NCBI GenBank assembly: GCA_963785725.1
Contig: CAWAWS010000022.1
Coordinates: forward strand, 128,001 to 192,000
Source of the DNA: an uncultured delta proteobacterium
GTDB taxonomy: Bacteria > Myxococcota_A > Polyangia > Palsa-1104
Direction of reading: 5' to 3'
DNA length: 64,000 nucleotides
Shown in pieces: positions 29,235 to 38,073 of the stretch. Below the pieces are notes generated by a model, which was not told the origin of the DNA, searched no databases, and worked only from the letters and a program-made list of their open reading frames with translations. How positions within the stretch are numbered: position 1 is the stretch's first letter; the number at the start of each line of letters is the position of its first letter. The position numbers were made by a program, and so were the translations under genes.

Positions 29235-29852
29235 TCAGCCGTCTTCGACCGCCGCTTCGCCCGACAGCAGTCGCAAGAGACCGAACGCCAAGACGACCGC
29301 GAACAGCGCCAGCGTCACCGCCCGCGGCGCGAACGGGGCCAACAGCAGATGCTCGAGCACGAGGAGCGCGACCCCGTACGCGAGCCGATGTAGCGGCTTC
29401 CACAGGCGCACGCGCAACCCGCGCACCACCGGCGCAAACGAAGACGCGAGCAGCACGCACAACATGACGAGCGCCACGACCCCGACGCGCAGGTACGAAA
29501 ACGCCAACAGCGCCGCCCAGTCCCACAGCAGATAGCCGCGCATCACGCTCGCCGCATGCAGCAGCGCCAGCACCGCCGCCGCGATGCCGAACGCGCGCCG
29601 AAACGCGGCGACCGAAGGCGCACGGCGCACGCGCTCGGGCGGCTGCAGTCGCCCGAGCAGCCTGCCCACCGGCGTCGCCGACAGCGAGAGCGCGAGCGCG
29701 CCGACCGCCGTCCAGCCCGTGCCGCGCACAAGCCACAAGGCGCGCGCCGCGCTCCACGTGCCGCCGCGCGACCGTGCGAGCTGCGCGACGACGCCGAGCG
29801 CCGCGACGCCGAGCGCGAGCACGACGCCCGCCGCGACGCGCCGCGCGCTCAC
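29235..29852 (-). CDS. MsrQ/YedZ-like ferric-reductase transmembrane heme-b protein
   Basis: TGW…LSLSATP, RRAFG…LH, LASS, WKPLHRLAY…H; GTGA overlap with the upstream gene. Confidence 0.85.
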   Translation of the reverse strand: MSARRVAAGVVLALGVAALGVVAQLARSRGGTWSAARALWLVRGTGWTAVGALALSLSATPVGRLLGRLQPPERVRRAPSVAAFRRAFGIAAAVLALLHAASVMRGYLLWDWAALLAFSYLRVGVVALVMLCVLLASSFAPVVRGLRVRLWKPLHRLAYGVALLVLEHLLLAPFAPRAVTLALFAVVLAFGLLRLLSGEAAVEDG

Positions 29853-32107
29853 AGCGACTCCAAAAAGTACACGAGGTCGTCGCGCTCGCCCGCGCTCAGT
29901 GAGGCCGTGTCACCGTGGCGATTCGACGGATTCCACTGCTCGAGGAGCGCGCGCAAGGTCGCCGCCCGCCCGTCGTTCAAGTACGGCGCCGCCCAGCGCA
30001 CCGACAAGAGCGACGGCGTGTCGACGACCGCATCCGCCGGCCGCTCGGCGACGCGATCGGGAAAAATCGACCCCATCGGATGCTGCCCCAGGTTGGTGAA
30101 CGCCGGAAACGCGTGACACGTCGGGCAGCGCGCCTTGACGAACGCGCGCACACCCTCACGCTGGCGCGCGACGTCGCCGCCGGCGCCGAGCGGATTCGGC
30201 AGCCGCGTGAGGCCATCGACGTACGCCTCGAGCGTGCGCGCGCGACTGGGCGCGACGCGCAAAAAGCCGCGATACAGCGTCTGCGACAGATCATCGAGAT
30301 CGCGCACGCGCGGATAGCTGCCGTCGCGCAGGTACGGCGCCGTGCCCGCGACGCCGCGCACGGTCAGCGTCGGCGACAGGCGATGGTCGCCGACATCATG
30401 CAGCGCGCCGTCGCGATCCGCGTGCAGGTGGCAGCTCTGACACGAGAGCCCGGCACGCGTCGCCTCGTAGAAGTCGTGCTCGCCCATGCGCCGCTCGAGC
30501 GCGTCGGGATCGTCGCGCAAGAGCGCATCATCGTCGGGCGTCAGGCGCACGACGGTGCGAATACGACCATCCGCGCCAAAGACGCCGAAGGTGCCGTCCG
30601 GCGGCGAGCTGACGACGAAGCTGCCGTCCGCAAAGCGCGCGATGCCATGCGGCGACGCCAGCGGCAGCTCGTCGAGCGGATAGACGCGCGGGCTCGGCTC
30701 GTCGCCGCGCACGTCCCACACCTCGTCGGTGCCCGCGAACGCGACCAGCAACGCGCCGTCGCTGGCGACATCGATGCCCATCGGCGAGACGCCCTGATCT
30801 AGGTTGCCGGGCTGGCTCTGCCGCGCGCTGCGCCGCGCCGTCAGCCACTGCCGCACGACGCGAAAGCTGCTCACGTCGACGGTCAAGATCTGATCCTGGA
30901 TGAAGTGGTTGCCCGGGTTCGCGTCGCCTTCGGGCTGGTAGTCCGTCGTCGCCACCAGGAGCTGCTTGCCGTCGGGCACGCGCGCCATCGTGACCGCCGG
31001 CCGCCCGAGCAAGAGCGGCACGCCGTCGACGACAAAGCCGCCCGCGCCCGCGCGCAGCCGCAGCAGCTCGGCCGGCCGCCGCGTCGACACGATCAGCGTG
31101 TCGTCGTCGGCGCCGAAGGCGAGCCAATCGGGGCGCACGTCGAGCCCGACGAACGCCTCGACGCGCATGTCGGGCACGGCGACGGTGACGATGCCGCTGC
31201 GCGCGCCGTCGATGGCGATGGCGAGCCGGCGCCCCGACGGCGACACGGCGATGCGCACGGCGAAGCCGCCGATGGTCGTCTTGTGCAGCACGCTGCCGTT
31301 GCCGCTGTCGACGAGCCACAGCGCGTCGTCGAAGCGATGCACGACGGCGACGCGATCGGGCGTGACGAAGGCGCAGTCGGTGGGCGCGTCGCCGACGAGC
31401 GTGCGGCGCGCCAGGCCGCTCGCGTCCACGACCAAGAGCGCGTCCGTCTCTTCGCTCACCGTCGCCGCCAGCCGTCGATCGGGCGACGGTCGCAGCCAAC
31501 GCGGATGCGCCAGCGGACGCACCACCGTCATCGTCCGCTGCACGCTCGTGCCATCGACGAACAGCGTGGCCTCGGTGGGCCCTTCGCCGGCGCGCGGCTC
31601 GCCGTCACGCCGCGGATCGTAGTCGAGCCGGAACAGCCCGGCGCCGAGCGCGACCGCAGCCACCGGCTGCGCGCTCGGGCCGAGGCGCACGCGCACGTCG
31701 CGCGCGCCGCTCGCATACACGTAGAAGCTCTGGGGCTCATTCGTGGCGACGACCGGCGGCGCGATGGTCGGCGTCCACTCGAGGCGCAAATGATCGGCCA
31801 GGTTCTCGCCGAAGCCGAGCAGCGACTCCTCGTACAGCAGCTCGCCGCGGTGTCGCGCGAGCGTGACCATCGGCGGCACGACGAGCAGCGCCAGCAACGC
31901 CAGCGCCTGCCATCGCGACAGCGACATCTCGGCGAGCTGCGGGCGCAGCGCGAACAGCGCGTTCACGAGTAGCCAGCCGGCGCCGTATGCGACCGCCAGC
32001 GCCCACAGCGCCGCCAGCGGATGCAGCGACCACAGCGCCGCAGCGACGGCGATGACCATCGCTTGCGGTCGCAGGGCTTGCCGAGTGGGCGGCATCGGGC
32101 TCGGCAA
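29849..32107 (-). CDS. membrane-anchored beta-propeller + di-heme cytochrome c (bCcP/MauG-like); start uncertain
   Basis: N-terminal TMs, YncE-like propeller repeats, CQSCH and CPTCH heme sites, each followed by (S/T)PxL…APYLxDG. Confidence 0.85.
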   Translation of the reverse strand: MPSPMPPTRQALRPQAMVIAVAAALWSLHPLAALWALAVAYGAGWLLVNALFALRPQLAEMSLSRWQALALLALLVVPPMVTLARHRGELLYEESLLGFGENLADHLRLEWTPTIAPPVVATNEPQSFYVYASGARDVRVRLGPSAQPVAAVALGAGLFRLDYDPRRDGEPRAGEGPTEATLFVDGTSVQRTMTVVRPLAHPRWLRPSPDRRLAATVSEETDALLVVDASGLARRTLVGDAPTDCAFVTPDRVAVVHRFDDALWLVDSGNGSVLHKTTIGGFAVRIAVSPSGRRLAIAIDGARSGIVTVAVPDMRVEAFVGLDVRPDWLAFGADDDTLIVSTRRPAELLRLRAGAGGFVVDGVPLLLGRPAVTMARVPDGKQLLVATTDYQPEGDANPGNHFIQDQILTVDVSSFRVVRQWLTARRSARQSQPGNLDQGVSPMGIDVASDGALLVAFAGTDEVWDVRGDEPSPRVYPLDELPLASPHGIARFADGSFVVSSPPDGTFGVFGADGRIRTVVRLTPDDDALLRDDPDALERRMGEHDFYEATRAGLSCQSCHLHADRDGALHDVGDHRLSPTLTVRGVAGTAPYLRDGSYPRVRDLDDLSQTLYRGFLRVAPSRARTLEAYVDGLTRLPNPLGAGGDVARQREGVRAFVKARCPTCHAFPAFTNLGQHPMGSIFPDRVAERPADAVVDTPSLLSVRWAAPYLNDGRAATLRALLEQWNPSNRHGDTASLSAGERDDLVYFLESL

Positions 32108-32139
32108 ACGCTACCACGAGCCGCGTCCGCCTCGGCCGT

Positions 32140-32280
32140 TCACGGCCCGAGGTCGACGATCGCCTCGATGACCCAGCGGTCGCCGTGGTCGGCGAGGTTG
32201 GCGGGCAGCGACGTTGGGCGCCGGCCCGCCGCCGGCACCGCTACCTCACCACCGCCAAACGAGAGCACGCGCTTGCTCAT
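32140..32280 (-). CDS. possible 46-aa peptide upstream of the di-heme gene
   Basis: MSKRVLSFGGGEVAVPAAGRRPTSLPANLADHGDRWVIEAIVDLGP*; GC3-rich codons in the second half; co-oriented with the di-heme gene. Confidence 0.3.
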   Translation of the reverse strand: MSKRVLSFGGGEVAVPAAGRRPTSLPANLADHGDRWVIEAIVDLGP

Positions 32281-32349
32281 CAGTCGCGTCTCTTTTCGAC
32301 ACTCCTCATAAACCGCTAGTCGAGACGAGTGACGCCAGCGGTCCTCGCA

Positions 32350-32480
32350 ATCGTCGGAAATAATAATAAATCAATACCGTTATAAACAAATGCCAATAAC
32401 TGACTGCACACTGAATTCATCAGTCTCATGGCATGTTTTTTCTCAATTTAACGATTCATTACCGCATGTGGTTGATACGC
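32350..32480. promoter_or_regulatory. AT-rich divergent intergenic region
   Basis: TAATAATAAATCAATA…TATAAACAAATGCCA…TGGCATGTTTTTTCTCAATTTAA, strongly AT-rich against the high-GC background. Confidence 0.5.
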
Positions 32481-32487
32481 TTCACGC

Positions 32488-33594
32488 ATGAACATCGAAG
32501 ACAGCTACGAGGGTGCAGTTCGCCGGATGCAGCGTCTGGAGATGGCCACGATCGCGATGGAAGCGGCGCCGGAAACGGCCGAAGGTCCCGCGGTCGAAGA
32601 CGGCGCCGACCGTATGCGCGAGCTCGAGGAGCTGGCCACGCTGGCGTGCGAGGACAACGAGCGCGTCAAGCGCGAGCTCGCGGTCGCGCTGCAAGAGGTC
32701 GACAGCGGACGGCAGCAAGTCGAAGGCGCGCGGGTCGAGATGGCGCGCGTGCAGGAGCAGATGACGGGGGCGCTGGCCGAGATCGCGCGCGTCCACGAGG
32801 AGCTCCGCGGCGTGCGCGAGGAGAACGGGCAGCTGCGCGGCTATGTCGCGTCGCTGCAGCAGGCGCTGGCGAGCGCGCAGCAGACGGCGAGAACGAGCGC
32901 GCCGCAGCAGGCCGAGACGTACGCGCCGGCACCGCAGCAAGCGTTCGCGACGCCGGCGGAGGCGTACGCGCCGCAGCACGCGTTCGCGCAGGCGCCGCAG
33001 CAAGCCTTCGCGCAGGCTCCGCAGCACGCCTTCGCGCAGGCGCCGCAGCAAGTCTTCGCGCAGGCGCCGCAGCAAGCGTTCGCGCAGGCGCCGCAGCACG
33101 CGTTCGCGCAGGCGGCCGAGGACGCAGCCGCGCAGCAGCACGGGTTCGCGCAGGCGTCGCCGTTCGCGGCGGGCTACGCAGACGACGCGGCGCTCGATGA
33201 CGACCTCGACTCGCTGCCGAAGTCGGGCAACAAAGGCGCCTTCTATTTCGTGGTCCTCGCCTCGATCGGCGCGCTCGTCGCCGTGCTGGGCGTGACGCGT
33301 CCGTGGGCGCGACGGTACACGCCGCCGGTGCTCGTCGAGACGCCGCAAACGCCGGCGCCGCCGGTGGTCGTCGCGACGCCGCCGGCACCCAAGGTCGAGC
33401 CGGTCCTCCCCAAGGTCGAGCCGGCGGCGCCGAAGGCGCCGCCCGTCGCTGCTGTGCGCGCGCACCAGCCGCGCGCGGCCAAGGCGTCTGCGGCGCGCAA
33501 GCACGGCAAGCACGGCGCCAAGCACGACTCGGCGTCGGCCAAGACGAGCTCGGTCGACAAGAGCGACGATCCGCTCAGCGGCACCGGCCTGTAG
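32488..33594 (+). CDS. coiled-coil / tandem-repeat / single-TM protein
   Basis: N-terminal heptads, (FAQAPQQA)n repeats, acidic patch, TM (FYFVVLASIGALVAVLGV), Pro/Lys-rich tail ending DDPLSGTGL. Confidence 0.8.
   Translation: MNIEDSYEGAVRRMQRLEMATIAMEAAPETAEGPAVEDGADRMRELEELATLACEDNERVKRELAVALQEVDSGRQQVEGARVEMARVQEQMTGALAEIARVHEELRGVREENGQLRGYVASLQQALASAQQTARTSAPQQAETYAPAPQQAFATPAEAYAPQHAFAQAPQQAFAQAPQHAFAQAPQQVFAQAPQQAFAQAPQHAFAQAAEDAAAQQHGFAQASPFAAGYADDAALDDDLDSLPKSGNKGAFYFVVLASIGALVAVLGVTRPWARRYTPPVLVETPQTPAPPVVVATPPAPKVEPVLPKVEPAAPKAPPVAAVRAHQPRAAKASAARKHGKHGAKHDSASAKTSSVDKSDDPLSGTGL
32975..33115 (+). repeat. 24-bp in-frame tandem repeat
   Basis: About six near-perfect copies of TTCGCGCAGGCGCCGCAGCA(A/C)GC, with degenerate copies on both sides. 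Confidence 0.85.
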
Positions 33595-33618
33595 TCGCCG
33601 CCCGGTAGTCGCCGCCCG
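33591..33618 (+). repeat. 14-bp direct duplication at the stop codon
   Basis: GTAGTCGCCGCCCG x2. Confidence 0.7.
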
Positions 33619-33995
33619 GCGCCGCCCGGCATCGGCGCCGGCTCGCCGTCGAATCGCGACCCACGCCCGGCTCGATCCCCTCCAATTCGCCCGCAAAAGA
33701 GTCGCTCCCGTCTGGAATGTGCTGCGCAGCGGCGTGCGCGAGCCTCACGCAGGAAGCGCTGGCTGGAGCTGCCGGGATAGTCGCGACGGCCGTGTGGCTC
33801 CGGTCGGCTGCGCGAGGTCGCGCGCTCGACGCGACGTCCAGCTCGCAGCGGTCACGCCAGCAAGCGCGACCAAACCATCGCGGCGAGTGCACCTACAGCT
33901 GCACGCCCGACAGGACGCACCTCGTATCGAGCGCGCGCAGCGATTCACTTTACGTCCAGGCCTCCGCGCGAAGTCTTACGACGGAGAGGGTGGTC

Positions 33996-34886
33996 ATGGA
34001 ATTCAACATGCTCGAGATGCTCACGGCCCAGGTGTTGCCGCCGCACATGAAGACGTTCGGCAAAGGGATCGTGACGGTTCGGGAAGGGCTCAAACGTGAG
34101 ATTGAAAGTCACGCGCCGCTCGGCTCGACGAAGGTCAACATCCTCATCATTTCCGATCTCCTTTACGGCTCGCAGATCGTAAAGCCGCGGGGTATCGACG
34201 ACGAGATCCGCTCGAATCCCGCGTTCGGTCTCGTGAACAGGCTCGCGGAGACCCGCAAGGACATTCTCGCCGGCGGGCTCGCGCCGTTTCTCAATGACTC
34301 GGCGGTGAGCGCGCGCTGGCTGAAGGGCTGCAATGAGCCGACGACGAAGGACCCGGCGAACTTCGACCTGCACGAGCTGTACGCCGAGCTGTCCGAGCTC
34401 TCGCGCGTATCCTGGCGCATCGACCGCACCGTCTTCGCCGGCGCGAAAGTGACCGGCCTCAAGAAAGAGAAGACCAAATACGAGGTCTCGCGCACCTCGT
34501 TGGCGTGGGACAGCAACGACCCGCTGCCGCTGTCCAAGGCCGGCACCTACGATCTCATCGTGATGCGCCGCGGGCTCTGCTACTGCGGTCAATACAAGAA
34601 CGGGAGCGACGCTGCCTGCTGCGGCGCCGCCCGCGGCGACGCCAGCGATGTCGCCTTCTTGAAGAAAATCCGCGCCGCTCTGTGCGAGAACGCGCGCAGC
34701 GCCGCCTATCTGGGCGGCTGGCTCACGGAGGACTCGATTGACTACTGGACGGCGGCGGCCAAGGAAGCTGGCTTCGGCGCCGTCGTGCCTGCTTACGCCG
34801 AGGTGCGCGCGGAGGGCGCGCTCGCTTCGGGAATCTTCGTCAGCCGAGGCCGCGCGCTCTCGGCGAACAAGCTCAAAGTCAAATAG
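33996..34886 (+). CDS. hypothetical protein, possibly a degenerate methyltransferase-like fold
   Basis: RBS GGAGAGGG; YDLIVMRRGLCYC…CCG…FLKKIRAAL. Confidence 0.65.
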   Translation: MEFNMLEMLTAQVLPPHMKTFGKGIVTVREGLKREIESHAPLGSTKVNILIISDLLYGSQIVKPRGIDDEIRSNPAFGLVNRLAETRKDILAGGLAPFLNDSAVSARWLKGCNEPTTKDPANFDLHELYAELSELSRVSWRIDRTVFAGAKVTGLKKEKTKYEVSRTSLAWDSNDPLPLSKAGTYDLIVMRRGLCYCGQYKNGSDAACCGAARGDASDVAFLKKIRAALCENARSAAYLGGWLTEDSIDYWTAAAKEAGFGAVVPAYAEVRAEGALASGIFVSRGRALSANKLKVK

Positions 34887-34917
34887 TCACAGTTGGCAAG
34901 CAGCTCAGGAGGCGCTC

Positions 34918-36024
34918 ATGTTGATGCGTGGCGGCGACAGCGGCAGTGACAAGATCTCGGAGATGGCGGAGTGGATCAAGGAGCTCTTGCCGCACACCTA
35001 TGTCTGGCGAGCGTCTAAAGCGTTCGTGAATCCCGAGTTTCAACACTCGGTCGGACTGATCATTCAACCGGGCATGCAGAAGACCCTCTCGGGGTTCGTG
35101 CAGCTCCTGTCCAATCCCGTTCAAGTGGCGAACGCCTGGGGTCACACTGCGGTGTTCGTGCGCCAGAAGCGGCAAATCGTGCAGACGATCGGATTCGATC
35201 CCGATCGATTGCGCATGGCTTACGATGTGAGTCACGGAACAGCGGTGGGCGCGGGAAAGACGAGCACGCCCGGCGTCTACTACGACGAAGATCAGATGTT
35301 CAATAGCCCCGATGCGCTGGTGGTCGAGTTCGAAGTCGACGCGGACACTGCCGCGAAAATCGCCGGCGCATTCCCCAAGCCCGGATTTGCCCAGAAGGGC
35401 TCGAAGAGCGAGCTCTCACTCTATTTGACACATCACGGAAAGAAGCTGATCACGAAAGGCACGCAGCATCCCGAGTTCAACGAAGAGACAATGGGCAATT
35501 GCATCGACTTCGTTCAGCGGCTCCTGCAGCAGCACAACTTCGGAATCAAACGCAGCTTCATCAATGACTGCGACTCCAGCCAGGGACAGCTCACGAAGCG
35601 GATCCTGAAAAGAAATATGGATCAGTTTCAGAAGCTCGGCGAAATGCAAATGCGCGTGCGCACGATGCCGAAGGCGCTGCGGGTGTCACGTTGGACCGGG
35701 GGCGTCCTGCGAACGATCAGCGTGACGCGCTGCTCGTTCGAGGTCGTGCGCAATGTTCTGTCCCTCGTCGGCGTGACCGGCTTGGGCAAGGACAATCCCT
35801 ATCTCTGGGAGATCTTGTTCACCGTCTCCCTGATCGTCGATTTTCTCGAGACCGCCCTGCCCCACGGTTCGTGGACGAAGCTGCCGCTGCCGCTCATCGA
35901 GACGATCGTGGCCAACAGCGCGACGATCGCGTTCCTGCTCTCCTTGTACAACGGCCTCGACGGCGGCTGGATGGCGGCGGTGATGAGTATCACGATGCTC
36001 TTCAACCTGACCTTCAGGGACTAG
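34918..36024 (+). CDS. hypothetical protein with His…NC motif and hydrophobic C-terminus
   Basis: RBS AGGAGG; WGHTAVFV and MGNCIDFV; C-terminal hydrophobic helices. Confidence 0.7.
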   Translation: MLMRGGDSGSDKISEMAEWIKELLPHTYVWRASKAFVNPEFQHSVGLIIQPGMQKTLSGFVQLLSNPVQVANAWGHTAVFVRQKRQIVQTIGFDPDRLRMAYDVSHGTAVGAGKTSTPGVYYDEDQMFNSPDALVVEFEVDADTAAKIAGAFPKPGFAQKGSKSELSLYLTHHGKKLITKGTQHPEFNEETMGNCIDFVQRLLQQHNFGIKRSFINDCDSSQGQLTKRILKRNMDQFQKLGEMQMRVRTMPKALRVSRWTGGVLRTISVTRCSFEVVRNVLSLVGVTGLGKDNPYLWEILFTVSLIVDFLETALPHGSWTKLPLPLIETIVANSATIAFLLSLYNGLDGGWMAAVMSITMLFNLTFRD

Positions 36025-36136
36025 GCAACGCTCACAACTCAAGACCGGCTGCGCGCTCGCCGCAGCCCACCCTCTTTCGGAAACTCAGCGCCATGCCGCG
36101 ATCTGGCGAACGATCGCGAGCGAGCTAATCTTGCGC

Positions 36137-37408
36137 TTACGGCGCCGCGGATCCCGGCCAACGCAGCTCGGACCAGCGCCGTTGCCTGATCGCGTGCCGA
36201 CTGCGCCAGAGCCCGGTCGCCAAATAGACGATCGCCAAGACGTAGAACGCGCGCGCCGGCATCGAATAGCGCGCGGAAACGACGAGCGCGACGTGAATCG
36301 CCGAGATGAAGAGCGTGACGGCGACCGGCAGCCAACCGTGCTCCGTGTGTCGCCACATGAGCAGCGAGCCTACGAAAAAGAGCGGCAAGAGCCCCAACGT
36401 CACGAGCGGCATCAGCCACGACAAGAGCGGATTGCCGTGTTGCTGCATATGCGCCGAGTACCAGACGCGAATCGGCCGCAACAAGCCGAACGCCGCCGTG
36501 CGCAGCGGATGCTCGGCCATGATCGCCAGGCCGCGCCGCCGCAGCTGCTCGTCGTAGCGCAGGTTGTCGACGACGTCGCAGGCGAGCAGCATGTCGCCCG
36601 CGTCGTGAAAACAGGTGTACTCCATCTCGTCGGGCGACATCGTGAACTGGATCGCCGCTTCGCAGAGGTTGGCGCCCATGTAATTGTGCGCGCCGAGCAG
36701 GAAACGACCGAACGTCACCTCGTTGCGCACCATCCACGGCACGATCGCCAGCCCCACCGCCACCGACGTGATGACGAGGCTGCGCGCGGCCCGCGAACGA
36801 CGCAGCCGCGGCACGATGAGCGCCAACAGCATGAGGAACGGCGGCAGCCCGAGCATGTTCGGCCGCGTGTAACCGGCGATGACGAACGCGGCGATCGCGG
36901 CCGCGAGCCACGCCTTACGTCCCGAGCGCAGATGGGTCACGAGCGCCGCGATGGCCGCCGTCGTCGCAAACGTCGTCAGCGTCTCCGACATGATCGAGAG
37001 GACGTAGAAGATCGCGAACGGATAAAAGGCCCAACAGAACGCGGCCAGCCAGGCGAAGCGGCGATCGTCGGTCAGCGACCAGGCGAGCAAGAACAGCGCG
37101 AGCACGGTGGCGGCGTGCAAGAGCGCGTGCGCCACCACGATCGGCTGCTGGCCCTCCTGCACCGCCGCGACGATGGCCAGGAGCACGGGATAGCCCGGCA
37201 TGCGCTCGAACTCGGGCTTGCGCTCACCCTCGGCGCAGGACGAGTACGCGTGATGATGCAGCAGGTTGTCGGCGAGCCGCTGATAACGAATCGAGTCGCC
37301 TTCGACGATGACGTGATGCCGTCCCGCCGCGACGCAGAGCAGGAACGCCGCCGCCGCGATGACGAGCGCGACGCCGAAGGGCGGCGACTTCCACGGCGCC
37401 GACGTCAC
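36137..37408 (-). CDS. GT-C membrane glycosyltransferase (ArnT/PMT-like)
   Basis: GDSIRY, RMPGYP, YP…IMSETL, TRP, RY motifs; many TMs; GTGA overlap with the NUDIX gene. Confidence 0.85.
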   Translation of the reverse strand: MTSAPWKSPPFGVALVIAAAAFLLCVAAGRHHVIVEGDSIRYQRLADNLLHHHAYSSCAEGERKPEFERMPGYPVLLAIVAAVQEGQQPIVVAHALLHAATVLALFLLAWSLTDDRRFAWLAAFCWAFYPFAIFYVLSIMSETLTTFATTAAIAALVTHLRSGRKAWLAAAIAAFVIAGYTRPNMLGLPPFLMLLALIVPRLRRSRAARSLVITSVAVGLAIVPWMVRNEVTFGRFLLGAHNYMGANLCEAAIQFTMSPDEMEYTCFHDAGDMLLACDVVDNLRYDEQLRRRGLAIMAEHPLRTAAFGLLRPIRVWYSAHMQQHGNPLLSWLMPLVTLGLLPLFFVGSLLMWRHTEHGWLPVAVTLFISAIHVALVVSARYSMPARAFYVLAIVYLATGLWRSRHAIRQRRWSELRWPGSAAP

Positions 37409-37968
37409 GAGCGAACGACCGGCGTCGGCGTGAACAGCCCGAGCGCAAAGCCGTGCAGTTCGGCGCTGGCCAACGCGCCGACATGCAGCTGATGGATGAA
37501 GCTGCCGTCGAGGATACGCGCGCGCAGCTCGTTCGGCGTCACGAATGCCACGCTCATGCCCGGCTCGCACACGAAGCCCGGCGCCGGCTCCGACGCGTCG
37601 ACCGCGAACACGTGCAGGCGATTCTCGAGACGACCGGTGTCGGGGTAAAAGCTGCCGATCTTCTCGATGCGGTTGGCGACGAGCCCGACCTCCTCGAGCA
37701 GCTCGCGACGGCAGCACTCCTCGGCGCGCTCGCCCGCGTCGAGCAGACCGGCCGGCAATTCCCACGTCTCGACGCCGACGGCCGGGCGAAACTGCGACAC
37801 GATGGGAATGCGCCCCGACGGCATGCGCGCCACGATCGTGACGTAATCGGCCTGCGCCAGGCAGTGATAGCGCTCGATGGGCGCGCCGGGCGCAAACTCG
37901 ACGCTGTTCTCGACGAGACGCAGCCACGGCGAGATGCGCGACTCCGTTCGCTCGACGATCCGGGCCAA
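37405..37968 (-). CDS. NUDIX hydrolase (ADP-ribose/NDP-sugar type)
   Basis: QFRP…ELPAGLLDAGERAEECCRRELLEEVG Nudix box. Confidence 0.9.
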   Translation of the reverse strand: MARIVERTESRISPWLRLVENSVEFAPGAPIERYHCLAQADYVTIVARMPSGRIPIVSQFRPAVGVETWELPAGLLDAGERAEECCRRELLEEVGLVANRIEKIGSFYPDTGRLENRLHVFAVDASEPAPGFVCEPGMSVAFVTPNELRARILDGSFIHQLHVGALASAELHGFALGLFTPTPVVRS

Positions 37969-38073
37969 AGTGGAATCACACTGCGAAACGCGGCGGCGCT
38001 TGTCAAGCCTTCGACGCATCGCGTTTGACCCTGGAAATTTGAATTGTTAGAGTCCCGCCGGCTACTAAACCGA

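Noticed and set aside
32975..33160. CRISPR-like repeat array
   Set aside because: Repeats are contiguous, in frame, lack unique spacers, and no cas genes are present.
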